Of a stretch of 64,000 nucleotides of DNA, positions 1 to 11,795 are shown piece after piece. The translations under genes were made by a program, and so were the position numbers. The notes beneath the pieces are model-generated. The model saw only the letters and a program-made list of their open reading frames with translations, ran no database searches and was not told the origin of the DNA. The stretch covers positions 193,695,741 through 193,759,740 of the forward strand of contig CM041465.1 of the NCBI GenBank assembly GCA_023213395.1, given 5' to 3'. Origin of the DNA: Cycas panzhihuaensis. Lineage: Eukaryota; Plantae; Cycadophyta. Position 1 is the first letter of the stretch. Each line of letters opens with the position of its first letter.

Positions 1-1969
1 AGTAAGTGGCATTTTCCGTCCCTTCCCTCATTATTCTTCTTGTAATGGTTCTAAGGGTAGATAACTCTACTCAACACCTACCTCTTGGTTAGGTTAAAGA
101 CCTTGGCCTAAGGGTCTTATAATATCCTAGTAAGCTATTATTTCTAGCCCATCATGCCTGCATATTAAAGATTGTGTTCTAGGATTTAGACAACAGTTAT
201 TATGGGAATGAGCTTCCATGTACTTTGAGTATATTAAAAGATCCCTTCTAGGTATTCTTGAACCCATCTTAGTGAGCCATCAAATGTATGTTATCTATGA
301 TACACTAGTAAGTAGTTAGCCCTAGGAAGTTACTCTCCACATACCCTAAAGAAGGGACAATACTATTGTAGAGTAGAGCACAACCTCTACGATGGATATT
401 ATGTATGCCTAGGATCAATATATCTGAGGGCCTATAGACCAAACACTCATTTGAAGGTAGGAAACTACATCCATATATTTTTTTCTATAAGAGAGTCGAA
501 ACAAAGCTATTAAGAAGGGTTTTAATTAAGGGTCCAAGTAGGGTACGAAACTTTTGAACTAAATATCTGTGATCTAAGAGGGATTTAGAGGTATTATCTA
601 AATTGAATTTAATTAAAGGCAAAAAAATAAAAAAAACTTTAAGATTGAGCTAAGATAAGGAAAAAGAATAGCCTCTAAAATCATCATCCCTAAATAGAAC
701 TCTGATCTCAATGAGGCCATTACTACATTAGAGAAGAAATTGATGACAAAGTATAGGGCCTTATAGATTGACTTAAAGGAATGGAAGGCTAAGAGGACCA
801 CATTAAGGAGTTTATGATTAAACTAATAGACAAGGGTACCACTAGTAAGGATAACCCAATGAAAGAAGAGAACCACCCTTGCAAAGGGAAGGAAAGGATA
901 AATTTTCATATAGATAATGAACTCTTTGATAATAAACATGGGAGACCAACCTACCTCCTAAAGGTATAGCCAAAAGAATTCAATAATGCTAATGTTTAAA
1001 TTTAGGTATCCTAGATGGAGTAGTATTTTTGTCTTTATTAGGTCCCCAATGACAAGAAAATAGTAATAGCCTCCTTGTACATAGAGTCTGAGTCATACTA
1101 ATGGTACTAATATATAAAAAAAAGGTTAGTAGTCTCAATTATGGATGGAATAATTTCATGAAAGACTTGGAGACCTAGTATGAAAACACTTTGGATAATG
1201 ATTATTATATTCAACTTACAAAGATTTGACAGGAGGGGATAGTTTCAAAATACACCTCTATATACCAACATCTCTCTAAATGAGTTAACAACCTTAGTGA
1301 AGAGTAAATACTAGAATTATATATTAGTGGCCTTTAAGATGAGGTTTAATTATGAGCTTCACCTCTTGAACCTCAAATGATCACAAAAGCCATCAAGATA
1401 GGATACTATATTGAAGTAAAGAGCAAGGCATTCTGACAACCAATGCAACTATATACAAATAGAAGAATATAATCATATGCCCTAATTACATCATAGTCAC
1501 CAATTATTTACTAAATGAAAACCTAGAAAATAAACAAAAAAAGGTTAAAAGCTCTCTATTTCTGATGCAACTAAAAATAACATAAAGAATACCAATGTGT
1601 AAAGAAATAATTATTTATTATTGAGAACATAAATGAGGACACATTGAGGAAGAATATGCTTTAGAATAGTCATATGAGGATAGTCAAAATCTTCAAGGCC
1701 ACCAAAAGCATTAGTATATGAGGAGGAGGAAATAACAATAATTTCAATCCATGCTTTAGTAGGAATTACAACCCCACAAACCTTCAAAATCATTAGATAC
1801 ATTAAGAAATAAAGGGTGGTAGTATTAATTGATTCTGATAATACCTATAATTTTATTAATAAAAAATTAGATGAAGAACTCACTTAGTTTATATATCTAG
1901 TAAAAAAGATATAGGTCATGGTCACCCATGGAGAACACTACCATATGGGGGGAAATGCCACAATGTTTG

Positions 1970-2269
1970 TGTAACGAACCATTACACTAAAACCTCAAGG
2001 TATTAGTGAAGACCTCTTAGGTGTGTAACATCACCTCCCCCATAAGTCTTCGATGTCCTGGTGACCCACTCTTAGTGACCCACTCTTGGTAATTTCGTGC
2101 CTCATTAGGCCCTGAGTGAACACTGCTATGCTAATGTTCTACCGCCATCGTCCCCTCTAAGGTCGTCTCCTCTAAGAATCGAACCCGTGACCTTGGCTCT
2201 GATACCACATGTAACAAATTGTTACATCAAACCTTAAGGTGCTAGTGAAGACCTCTTAGGTGTATAACA
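1970..2269 (-). mobile_element. 300-bp TRIM (miniature non-autonomous LTR retrotransposon)
   Basis: TG...CA direct repeats at 1970-2030 (61 bp) and 2210-2269 (60 bp). tRNA-iMet PBS at 2195-2207 (minus strand TGGTATCAGAGCC). PPT at 2031-2041 (minus strand GGGGGAGGTGA). 5-bp TSD GTTTG (1965-1969) / GTCTG (2270-2274). It interrupts the host protease frame (GKCHNV|LTMGE). Confidence 0.95.
2177..2229 (-). promoter_or_regulatory. Putative split Pol III type-2 promoter of the TRIM (A box in LTR, B box after PBS)
   Basis: Minus strand reads TGATGTAACAA (TAGTGTAATGG in the other LTR), then the PBS, then AAGGTCACGGGTTCGATTC. The A-box T and the first T of TTCGA are 46 nt apart. Confidence 0.6.
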
Positions 2270-5200
2270 GTCTGACTCACCATGGGAGAGTTCCATCTAT
2301 CTACTTTAATGTTTGCCATCCTTGTAGGAGGAGTAGATGTGGTCTTAGGAGTTAAGTGGCTAAAAACACTTAGCACCTTTTAGCTTAACTTCCAAGAGTT
2401 GTTCATATGATTCTACTATGAGGGTCACTAGTATCAACTTAATGGAAATACCCTACTACCATCTCAAGTCATTAGTTCATATAGGATGGAGAAGTTAATA
2501 TGGAAGGGATGCATAGCCTTAATTGCAAGATGTTATGCTCTTATAAGACAAGAGTCCTAAGGTGAAATGACTCCATTCTATAACAATCACCTACTACCAG
2601 AATTACAGGTCTTACTCAGTCATCTTTATGTTTTTTATAAATGCCCTAAAGAACTACCATACAAAGAGAGTTGGATCATGCCATTAAACACATTATTGGG
2701 AGTAACCCACCTAGTGTACAATCATATAAATACCTATACCAATAAAAGAATGAAATTAAAAAATTAGTATGTGACTTACTAGCTACTAGAGTCAATCAAG
2801 AAATTAAAAGTGCTTTCTCTACTCTTACCATTTTGGTTAGGAAGAAAGATGGCTCATTTTAAATATGCATTTTCTATAGGGAACTGAACAAAATCATAGT
2901 TAAGGACAAATTTCTTATACCAGTTATTAATGAATTATTTGATGAATTGCATGGGGCTACTATATTCGCATCTTTAGATCTTCAATTAAGGTATCATCAA
3001 ATTAGGATTAGGGTAGAAGATGCTCACAAAATAACATTTTGAACTCATGAAGGCCTCTATGAGTTTCTTATGATGCCCTTTGGCCTCACCCATGTGCCTA
3101 TAATATTATAAGGACCCATGAACAAAATCCTTTGTCTATGCTTAAGGAAATGCATCTTGGTTTTATTTGATGACATCCTTATATATAGTCAAAAACTAGT
3201 AGAACATCTTCAATATGGAGACAAGGACCTAAAATTGTTGGAAGAAAACTAACTATATTCCAAAAGATCCAAGTATAACTTTGGAAAAAGGGAGCTAGAG
3301 TACTTAGGATACATTATCTCTCTAAATGGAATAAAAGTTGATCCAAGAAGATCATTATAATTTAGAATTAGCCCCAACCTAAGAACATCAAAAGCCTTCA
3401 AGGATTCCTAGGACTGACTAGATACTACCAAAAATCTATAAAAGGGTATGTGGGGATAGTAGCACCTTTGACATAGTTACTAAAAAAGGACTCATTCTAA
3501 TGGAAAAATATGGCAAGTAAAACTTTTGCATACCTCAAGGAAACCATGACCACTATAACTGTGCCAGTAATGATCAACTTCACAAAACCATTCATAATTA
3601 AATATGATGCATTAGGTCAAGGATTGTGAGTAGTGCTTATGTAAAAAGGACAACCCTTAGCATCTAAATACTAGAAGTTACAACCAAGGAATATGGGTAA
3701 GTCTACTTATGAAAAGGAAATGATAATAATCTTACACGTAGTTAGGAAGTGGTGCCAATACTTTCTTGAAGCATATTTCAAAATTGAAACAAACTGTAAT
3801 AGTATTAAGTACTTCTTGGACTAGAGGGTAGCTTCAAAGGAACAAAAAAATTTGGTTTTGAAAATGCAAGGATTTGACTTTGAAACCATTTATAAGAAAG
3901 AGAAGGAAAATAACTAATGCCCTTTCCAAGAAAAAGGAGAAACCCACATTATGCACCATCACATCTATTAGTCCCTCTTAGATTCCAAAAGTCTGGGTAA
4001 AATGGAAGCAATATATGGAAATCCAAAAAATGATCTAAGACCTCTGAAATGACTTAGAGAGTCATGAGGGATTTTCATAGTCAGTAAATATGTTATGGTA
4101 TAAAAATAGATTATACCTAAACCCATTGTCCAAACTCAAGGAAGGTATCCTTTGTGATGTCCATAACTCACCAGAAGTTGGCCACTCAAAATTCTAGAAG
4201 ACTTATCAAAGGATTAAATAATACTTTTATTAAAATGGGCTAAAATAGGATATAAAGAATTGGGTTATAAATTATGCCATATGCTATTAGCATAAAAGTG
4301 AAACCACAAAGACCCCAATATTACTACAACCTCTATGAGTGCTAAATTAGTATTAGGAGGAAATATCCATGGATTTTATCATAGGATGATATAAATGTAA
4401 TGACAAATATGTAACCTTTATGATGGTGGCTAGGTTGACCAAATATACCCATTTCTATGAAATTTAATCCACCTATACAATGAAATAGATAGCAAAAATA
4501 TTTTTGAGGGAAATACTCCTTGTGATTAGGATCCTAAGTTTAGTCAACACTTCTAGACTAATTCATCTAGATGCTCAGTACCTAATCATGAGCTCAGTGT
4601 ACCACCCACAAATAGGTGGATAAATAGAGGTAGTTAATAAGTGCTTAGAAGGATATCTTTGTTGCTATATCTCAGATAAGCAAAATCATTGGCATTGATG
4701 ATTCCATCTAGTAGAATGGTTGTACAATATAAGTTATCATATATCCACAAGGATAACCATGTTCTAAGCATTATATGATTATCCTCTACCACCCATCTAG
4801 AATTATGTCTTGGAAACCTCCAAGGTACAAGCAATACAGGAGCATTTATAACAGTAAGCTATAGTACTTTAGATACTAAAAGATGACCTTAATTTAGCCC
4901 AAAATAGAATGAAGCACCAAGTTGATAAGAAGTAAAGTAAGTAGGTATGCTATCTAGAACATTAGATCTATCTTCATCTATAAGCTTATAAATAGATGTT
5001 ACTCAAACTGAATACCAAGCATAAGTTAAGGCCATAATTTTATAGGTCATATTGGGTCCTCAAATATGTGGGAGAAGTGGCTTATATCCTAGATTTGCTA
5101 GCAACTACCAAAATCTATAATGTCTTCCATGTATCCTATCTTAAAAAGGTTATTGGCTAGTAAGTATAGGTACATACTAAGCTTCTACTCTTGGATGATA

Positions 5201-5407
5201 AAAGAAAACTCTAGTTGATAACAAAACAAGTCCTTAAGGAAAGAGTATGGTATTTACATTCTTAATAAATTAAGGAGTACCTTATCAAATGGAAACACCT
5301 ACCACAAGAAGAGTCTACTTAAGAGACTAAGCAGTTTATCTAGGAACATCTAACACTAGTCAATCTTTAAGGGTAAAGCTTTTGTTTTTTAAGGGGGAGG
5401 GAGGACC

Positions 5408-5739
5408 TATTATATACACAACCTCCTTACAATATAACTATCTTCTTCCACTATTTTTATGATGTATCTTCTCTCTCTCTCTCTCCCCCAACTAGTCTCT
5501 TATTTTTCTCTTATTACAATTATCCCACATGCATAAGTTAAGAATGATAAGTAACTCTAGTAGCCTTATATATATGTAGCTCCACTATTATAATAGACAT
5601 TAGAGAATATTATGACATTGTATAGTTGGGAGTCAACCCCTTGAAGAGGCCCATTATTATAAATTCTCTTTTGTAATCAATAAAGCTTCTTGAGATTTTC
5701 TTCGAAGTTGTGTTCTTGTTAATTGTTAGGATTATAACA
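5408..5739 (+). repeat. 3' LTR of gypsy A
   Basis: Directly follows the PPT, has a TATA-like tract at ~5567-5575 and ends ...ATTATAACA. Copia gag sequence follows immediately. Start approximate. Confidence 0.75.
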
Positions 5740-8700
5740 AGGTTGCCTACACTAATGAACTATAATGGAGCCCAAGGCACCATCCTAACCTCTCTTTTAT
5801 TAGATATTCATAGGTAATTTATTAATTCAAATGAACTTATCACTATTTAGGCAAAGTTAAAAGAAAAGTACAATAAGGTTGACACCACTCAAATTACCAT
5901 ACTTGAGCAAAATATGTATGACTTAAAATGTGAGGATTTTTTTAAAATTAAGCACTTTCTATTAAATCTTCAACTTATAAATATAGATCTAGGAAATTCT
6001 ACTAAAATAATTAAGAAAGGTAATGAAACCTTAACTATATCCCATGCAAAGGATAATGATACACTCATTTCTCTTATTATCAATAAACTTTTAAAGTCTT
6101 TTAACCAATATAATATTATTAAATAGGAGTGGGGGCAACCTCATATTTCTTTTGATCATCTTATAAATCAATTAGTTAAATACTAATATATGCTAGTTTA
6201 AATAGAAGATTAAAGATCATTCTCAAGCTCTGTTCTCTAACACCAAGCCATATAATAAATCAAGAAATCAAAATAAGTAGTGAAACAATTATAATAATAA
6301 TCCTAAATCTTAAAAATCTTATAGAAGATATACTTTAAATAATAATTATAATCAAAATTTTAAATATTTAGGAATGTCTAAAAACTAAAACTTACATTTA
6401 ATACCTAGATAGTTGTATCAAACAAAATATACTTCTAAACCACATTATAGTTAAAATATCAATTATACTTATTACCACAAAAAATAGCACATTATATATA
6501 TTTATAGAAATAGGTTAGTATATAAATCTTTGAAACCTTCCAAAATGATTTAATTAAGATCTCATGATTCCCTAACTACTTCTACTTCTATTATTTAACA
6601 TCTATGTCATTATCACTTTTGTGGATACTAGATTTTAGTACTTCCTATCACATAATAAGACATCTGGAGTATCTATCTATTTATCACCTAGGTTCTAATT
6701 TTAAAGAGGAAATCTCTTTTGGTAGTATTTTTCAACTAAAAGTTAAAGAAATAAGTAATGTAACTTTCAAAAATAGTTCTATAAATGATGTATTTTATGT
6801 TCTTGGTATGTTATCTATTAATGAAATTTACTAAAAAACCTTATGGTGGAATTTTAGAAAAATAAGTTTGTTATTAAATATCCATTTAATAAATTTAAAC
6901 CTATTGCCTCTAGACTTTCTAGTCATAAAATAGGCCTTTGTAGTTTAATAAACCTAACTTATTTAGCAAAAACTAAACTATTCACTTCATTTATAACTTA
7001 GTATGATCCTACCAATAGATTATGGCATGTATGCTTTGGCCATATAAGCTATGGCAAACTATATTTTTAAATCAACATGACATGGTTCATGGTCTTTCCA
7101 TTTTATCTACCATCTATGGTGTTCGTGAAGCTTACGTTTTAAGCAAATAACACATGGATCCCTTTTCTTATTATACAATGTTTTGAGTAAAATCACCACT
7201 TAAATTTATTCAGTAAGATATATATGGTCCTTTTCAAGTACCCTTGTATTTTAACAACAAATATTTTATAACTTTTATTAATGATTTCTCTATAAAATGT
7301 TGGGTTTATATGCTAAAAATCTAAGGAGAAGGTTTTAATATTTTTATTGAATTAAAAACTAATCTAGCCTTAAAATTAAAAATTTTAGATCAGATAATGT
7401 TAAAGAGTATTTAAGCAATGAATTTATATCTTTTTTGTAAAAAGAATATAATCAAATTTTGACATTTAATTACTTATAATCCCTAATGAAATGGTGTTCC
7501 TAAATGTAAAAACTATATACTAGTAAAAATGAATTAGAGTTATACTACATGCAAAAGCTCTAGATCTAAAAGTATAAGTTAGAGTTATTGCTTACTCCAA
7601 TTATATATTGAATAGGTTATCAACTAAAGCTTTAAATAATATTACAGTAGAACAAGAATGGTGTCGTGATAAACCTTCAATAAAACACTTTAGAGTCTTT
7701 AGTAGTATTACTCAGGTATATGTTCCCAAAAAGAAATGTCAAAAGCTTGATCTAAAAATTTCAAGGTTTATCTTCATTGGCTACAACAAAGAAAGTAAAG
7801 TTTATCAATTGTTAGATCCTATCACATATATTATTTTAATTAGGTATGATATTAAATTTGATGATGAAGAATATTTATCAAACTCTAATTTTGATCAAAG
7901 TTATCTTCCTATTAAGGACATTTTAACTAACATTATTTCATCTAGTTCATCAAAAGAAAAAGTTGAAAATGAAATTATTAAAAGCCTTGTAACATAAGTT
8001 TAAAATTAGACTTTATCTAAAATAGATAAATCTAAATTACTATCTTCTTCTAATCAACCTCCTAGAAATAAACAACATAACTGGGTTTAAAAAAACCCTT
8101 TCAGTTGCTAGTGTAGATATTGATAATTCATTAGATACTAGAAAAATTAGATCATAAAAACTAGAGGCTAACTTTGCCTTGATGGCTAAAGTAATGTCTA
8201 GTAATAATCTTAGCACCTTTCAGGAAGTTCATAACAATCCAATATGGAAACAAGCCATGCAAGCTAAATATAAGCCTTTTTTTAAAAACTTTACTTAGGA
8301 CTTAGTACTTTTACCTTAAAAAAAAAGGTTGGTAGACTATAAATAAGTTTATTGTACAAAGTATAATAATTCTAAAGGAGTCATTAAAAAACACAAAGTG
8401 TGCCTAGTAGAAAAAGGTTTCTCATAAGTATATGGTATCAATTATATTGAAACCTTTACCCTAGTTGTAATAATAAATACCATTAAGATTGTTATTTATC
8501 TTATAGCCAAGTTTGACTACCAAATCCATTAGATGGATGTAAAAAAGTATTTTTCTCAATGATGATCTTGATGAAGAAATTTATATATCTTAACTCCCTA
8601 ATTTTGAAATTGATTCTAACCTTGTTTATAAACTTAAAAAATCTTTATATGGACTTAAATAAGCCCCTTAGGGTTTGTATATCAAGATATATAATTATCT

Positions 8701-10153
8701 TATTTAAAATGGCTATATTAAATATATCAGTGATTTTAATCTTTACTTTAAATAAGAGAATAATAACATTACTATTCTAATTTTATATGTTGATAATATT
8801 ATCATTACCAGGTCTTTACTTTCTACTATTTTTCAGTGAAATCTATCTTTATAGATAAATTTAAAATGATTGACTTAGACCTTCTTCATTACTTTCTAAG
8901 CTTACAAATCTATCAATTCGATTCATTAGTTTCTATATCCAAATATGTAACTGACTTAATTAAAAGATTTAATATAGAAAATTCTAAACTAGATCTCACT
9001 CCTTTATAATTAAATGTTAAATTATTAACTAATTATCAAACACCTCCTTATAATCTAACTTTATATTATCAACTAATTAGAAGTTTTATATATCTAACCC
9101 ATACCCAATCAGATATTTCTTATATTATTACTTTATGTTCCAAGTATATATAATAACCACATAAATCACACTGTCAAACAATAAAATATATCTTGCAATA
9201 TCTTCAATGTATAGTTTAGTATGGTTTAACTTATAATTATTATAATGATGATCTTAAGTTAATAGGTTATATTGATTCCAATTGGGTAGGTAACTCTAGC
9301 AATCAAAAGTCAACAAATGGATATATTTTCTTTCTTGATTCTTCACCTATTATATGGATAAGTAAAAAGATGTAATCTCTTATATTATCTATAACTAAAG
9401 TTAGGTATCATGCACTAGTATAAGCTATCAAAGAATCTTTTTAAATAAGATCATTATTAAATAAACTTGGTTTATTTTTTACATCTTCCATTTAAATAAA
9501 AGTTAATAATTAATATCCTATTTCAATTATAACTAATCATATAACTCGTTATAGAACTAAACATATTAAATTATGTTAATACTTTATTCGTAGTCTTGTT
9601 AATAATGATACTATTAATCTTTTTTATTGTCCCATAAATTTACATATTATAGATATACTAACAAATCCCCTAACTAAATCCAAGTTTGTCAAATTATACA
9701 AGTTATTAAAAATTAATGAAGTCTTCATCAAAGTGGCATTGACATGTTGAAGTCTTCATCATTTTTCTTCTCCTTCTCTTTGTATTGAAGATAACATTAA
9801 AGGGGAATGGTAGAATAAATGTTTGTACATTAAGTAATGCTATCTTTAAAAAATTATATATTTATTTATTTATTATAGTAAATATTTATTATATGGATAG
9901 ATATCGATTATAACATCCTTGTATCATCACTCTCATTAAAAACATAAAATCTACTTCATGTAATCTTCTAGGAAAGAGAGAGAAGGAATAAGGTCCTGCT
10001 AAGTTTTATATTATGCATTACAATGTTAATATATATTACTATTCTGAGGTGATTTCTTTCCCCTTAAAGTGGTTTTCTACATATCCACATGTTATGCAAT
10101 ATAGATGTATGATTTGTATAATCAATTTCTTTTATCATTCTCCCTCTCCAACA
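5740..10153 (+). mobile_element. Ty1/copia B, degenerate; interrupted in gag by gypsy A
   Basis: gag 5740-6250 is homologous to the gag at 40090-40590. Protease WILDFSTSYHI ~6620-6660; integrase (LWHVCFGH) ~7020-7870; RT ~8230-9000; RNase H (GYIDSNWVG..KSTNGY) ~9260-9700; PPT aaaggggaa 9799-9807; LTR 9808-10153 (TG...CCAACA). Confidence 0.93.
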
Positions 10154-11230
10154 AAAAGAATGGGTGTTTCCCAAGGTAAAATACTTAGTCTAATAAGACC
10201 TTTATCAAGCAAATCTTATAAGTGTATCATTAATTCTATTAACTCTAAAGTAGTTAGGTGATTTAGTGCTTTAGATAATAGTTCCACTCTTGGCATAAGT
10301 TCAATTATATAGCCAACATATTTCATAGGTGGAATCCCTCAAAGTTCATTTGGAAACACATTCTTGAACCTTTGAATAATAGAAATATCTTTAAGGTTAA
10401 GTTCCTTGAGAGTTTTTTCCATATTAACATGAACTGCGTATGCTTAGTATCTTTTTCTTAAGTATTTCTTCACTTGTATGGCTTAAATCTATTAAAAGGT
10501 AGTTGGGAGTTTTTTCTCTTGAATGAGTGTAGGCTCCCCATTATTATTAAGATATTCAACTAACTTATTAGAGTAGATAATCTTAGCTTGATGTTTTTTC
10601 AACCATTATAAACCAATGATAGTATCATAATCTCTTAATGCCATGGCTTGAAAAGTAGTATAACTAGACCATAGCTCATATTTTAATGGATAATAAGGTA
10701 CATAATTAGTTATCTTTCTCTTGTTATATTATTTATGTGTGGAATCCACTTACCCTTATTCTTTGGTATTTTAAACTTATACTTCTCCATAATTTTAGGA
10801 TGTAAGAAGTTATGGATACTTTATAAATTAATGATTACGATGATATTTTTCCATGTATTTTTTCTTGGTACCTAAACCATGATAAATTAGTGATTAGAGT
10901 ACCTACCTTTGATTTTTACATGCATATGCATGTCACTTTCCTACTGAACTACATCTACTAGTATAGCTTATATTTTGGCATTATGAGCTCTACCTCCTAT
11001 TCCTAGTCTTTATAGATAATTATTAATAAAATGCCCTAGTTCATTACATCAATCACATATAACTTCTCCCAAATTTCTAGAAGAATTTATATATGGTGGA
11101 TTAAGCCTTTGATTGTGTTATGAGTGGTTGAATTCTCTCATTCCTTGATTAAACTAGGGTAACTTAAAACTCCTCCTTAGTTACCCTTAGCTTACATGGA
11201 TTTTTTTAATCCATGTAGCTTGATTATCAT
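10154..11230 (-). mobile_element. Ty3/gypsy C (Tekay-like): gag end, protease and RT start
   Basis: Minus strand shows a zinc-knuckle remnant (ICD*CNELGHF) ~11030-11060, a decayed protease motif ~10810-10845 and the RT N-terminus LLDKGLIRLSILPWETPILF ~10155-10215, where it is cut by copia B. Confidence 0.85.
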
Positions 11231-11752
11231 AGTTAGAATATATGAAATAATTATACAAGTAATATTTAATATTAATAATGTAGACACATACATAAATAAA
11301 CTTACCAAATACATTGACATTTATAATTATCCATGTAAACATCCTATTGGATGATGAAATAACTCTAGAGAAATAATAGGCTATTATGAGGTGATTATCG
11401 ATATAAATATATACACACACCACTTAAGAACTTGAAAAACAAGACGTATTCATTCCAATCATAAGAGGATCTCCATACTCTACCTCCTCCTATGGTTTTT
11501 CTTCACACTAAAATTTTTACATATAATTATATTATCTCTCTCTTATGGTGATTCTTATTAATGTATGTTTTTATCGTTGATACTTTATATTTATATCTAT
11601 TATATTATATATATGCATTCCTCTTGAGATAAATCATTATTTATATAAACATGTTATATTTTCATTCTATTATATTTATTATTTTACAATATGTTATCTA
11701 ACTCAAATTCTAAATTCAAATATGGTATTAGATTAAATTTATATTTCTAACA
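11231..11752 (+). repeat. 5' LTR of element D
   Basis: Aligns along its length with 24501-25029 and ends CTAACA before the PBS. Confidence 0.9.
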
Positions 11753-11795
11753 TGATATCAGAGCCATGGTGATGAAGGTACGAGGAGAAAAGTGA

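Larger units (their letters stand above)
1..5739 (+). mobile_element. Ty3/gypsy chromovirus A, degenerate; 5' LTR lies outside the window
   Basis: Domains in order: gag ~860-1620; protease VVLIDSDNTYNFI ~1815-1860; RT (LHGATIF..LDL..YHQIR, MPFGLT, LFDDILIYS) ~2760-3500; RNase H (FIIKYDALG, YEKEM) ~3560-3930; integrase ~4150-5050; chromodomain EYLIKWKHLPQEEST ~5270-5320; PPT aagggggagggagg ~5391-5404; then an LTR. Many in-frame stops. Confidence 0.95.

Noticed and set aside
2170-2240. A tRNA gene on the minus strand
   Set aside because: A and B boxes are present, but there is no acceptor or anticodon stem; the middle is LTR end plus PBS.
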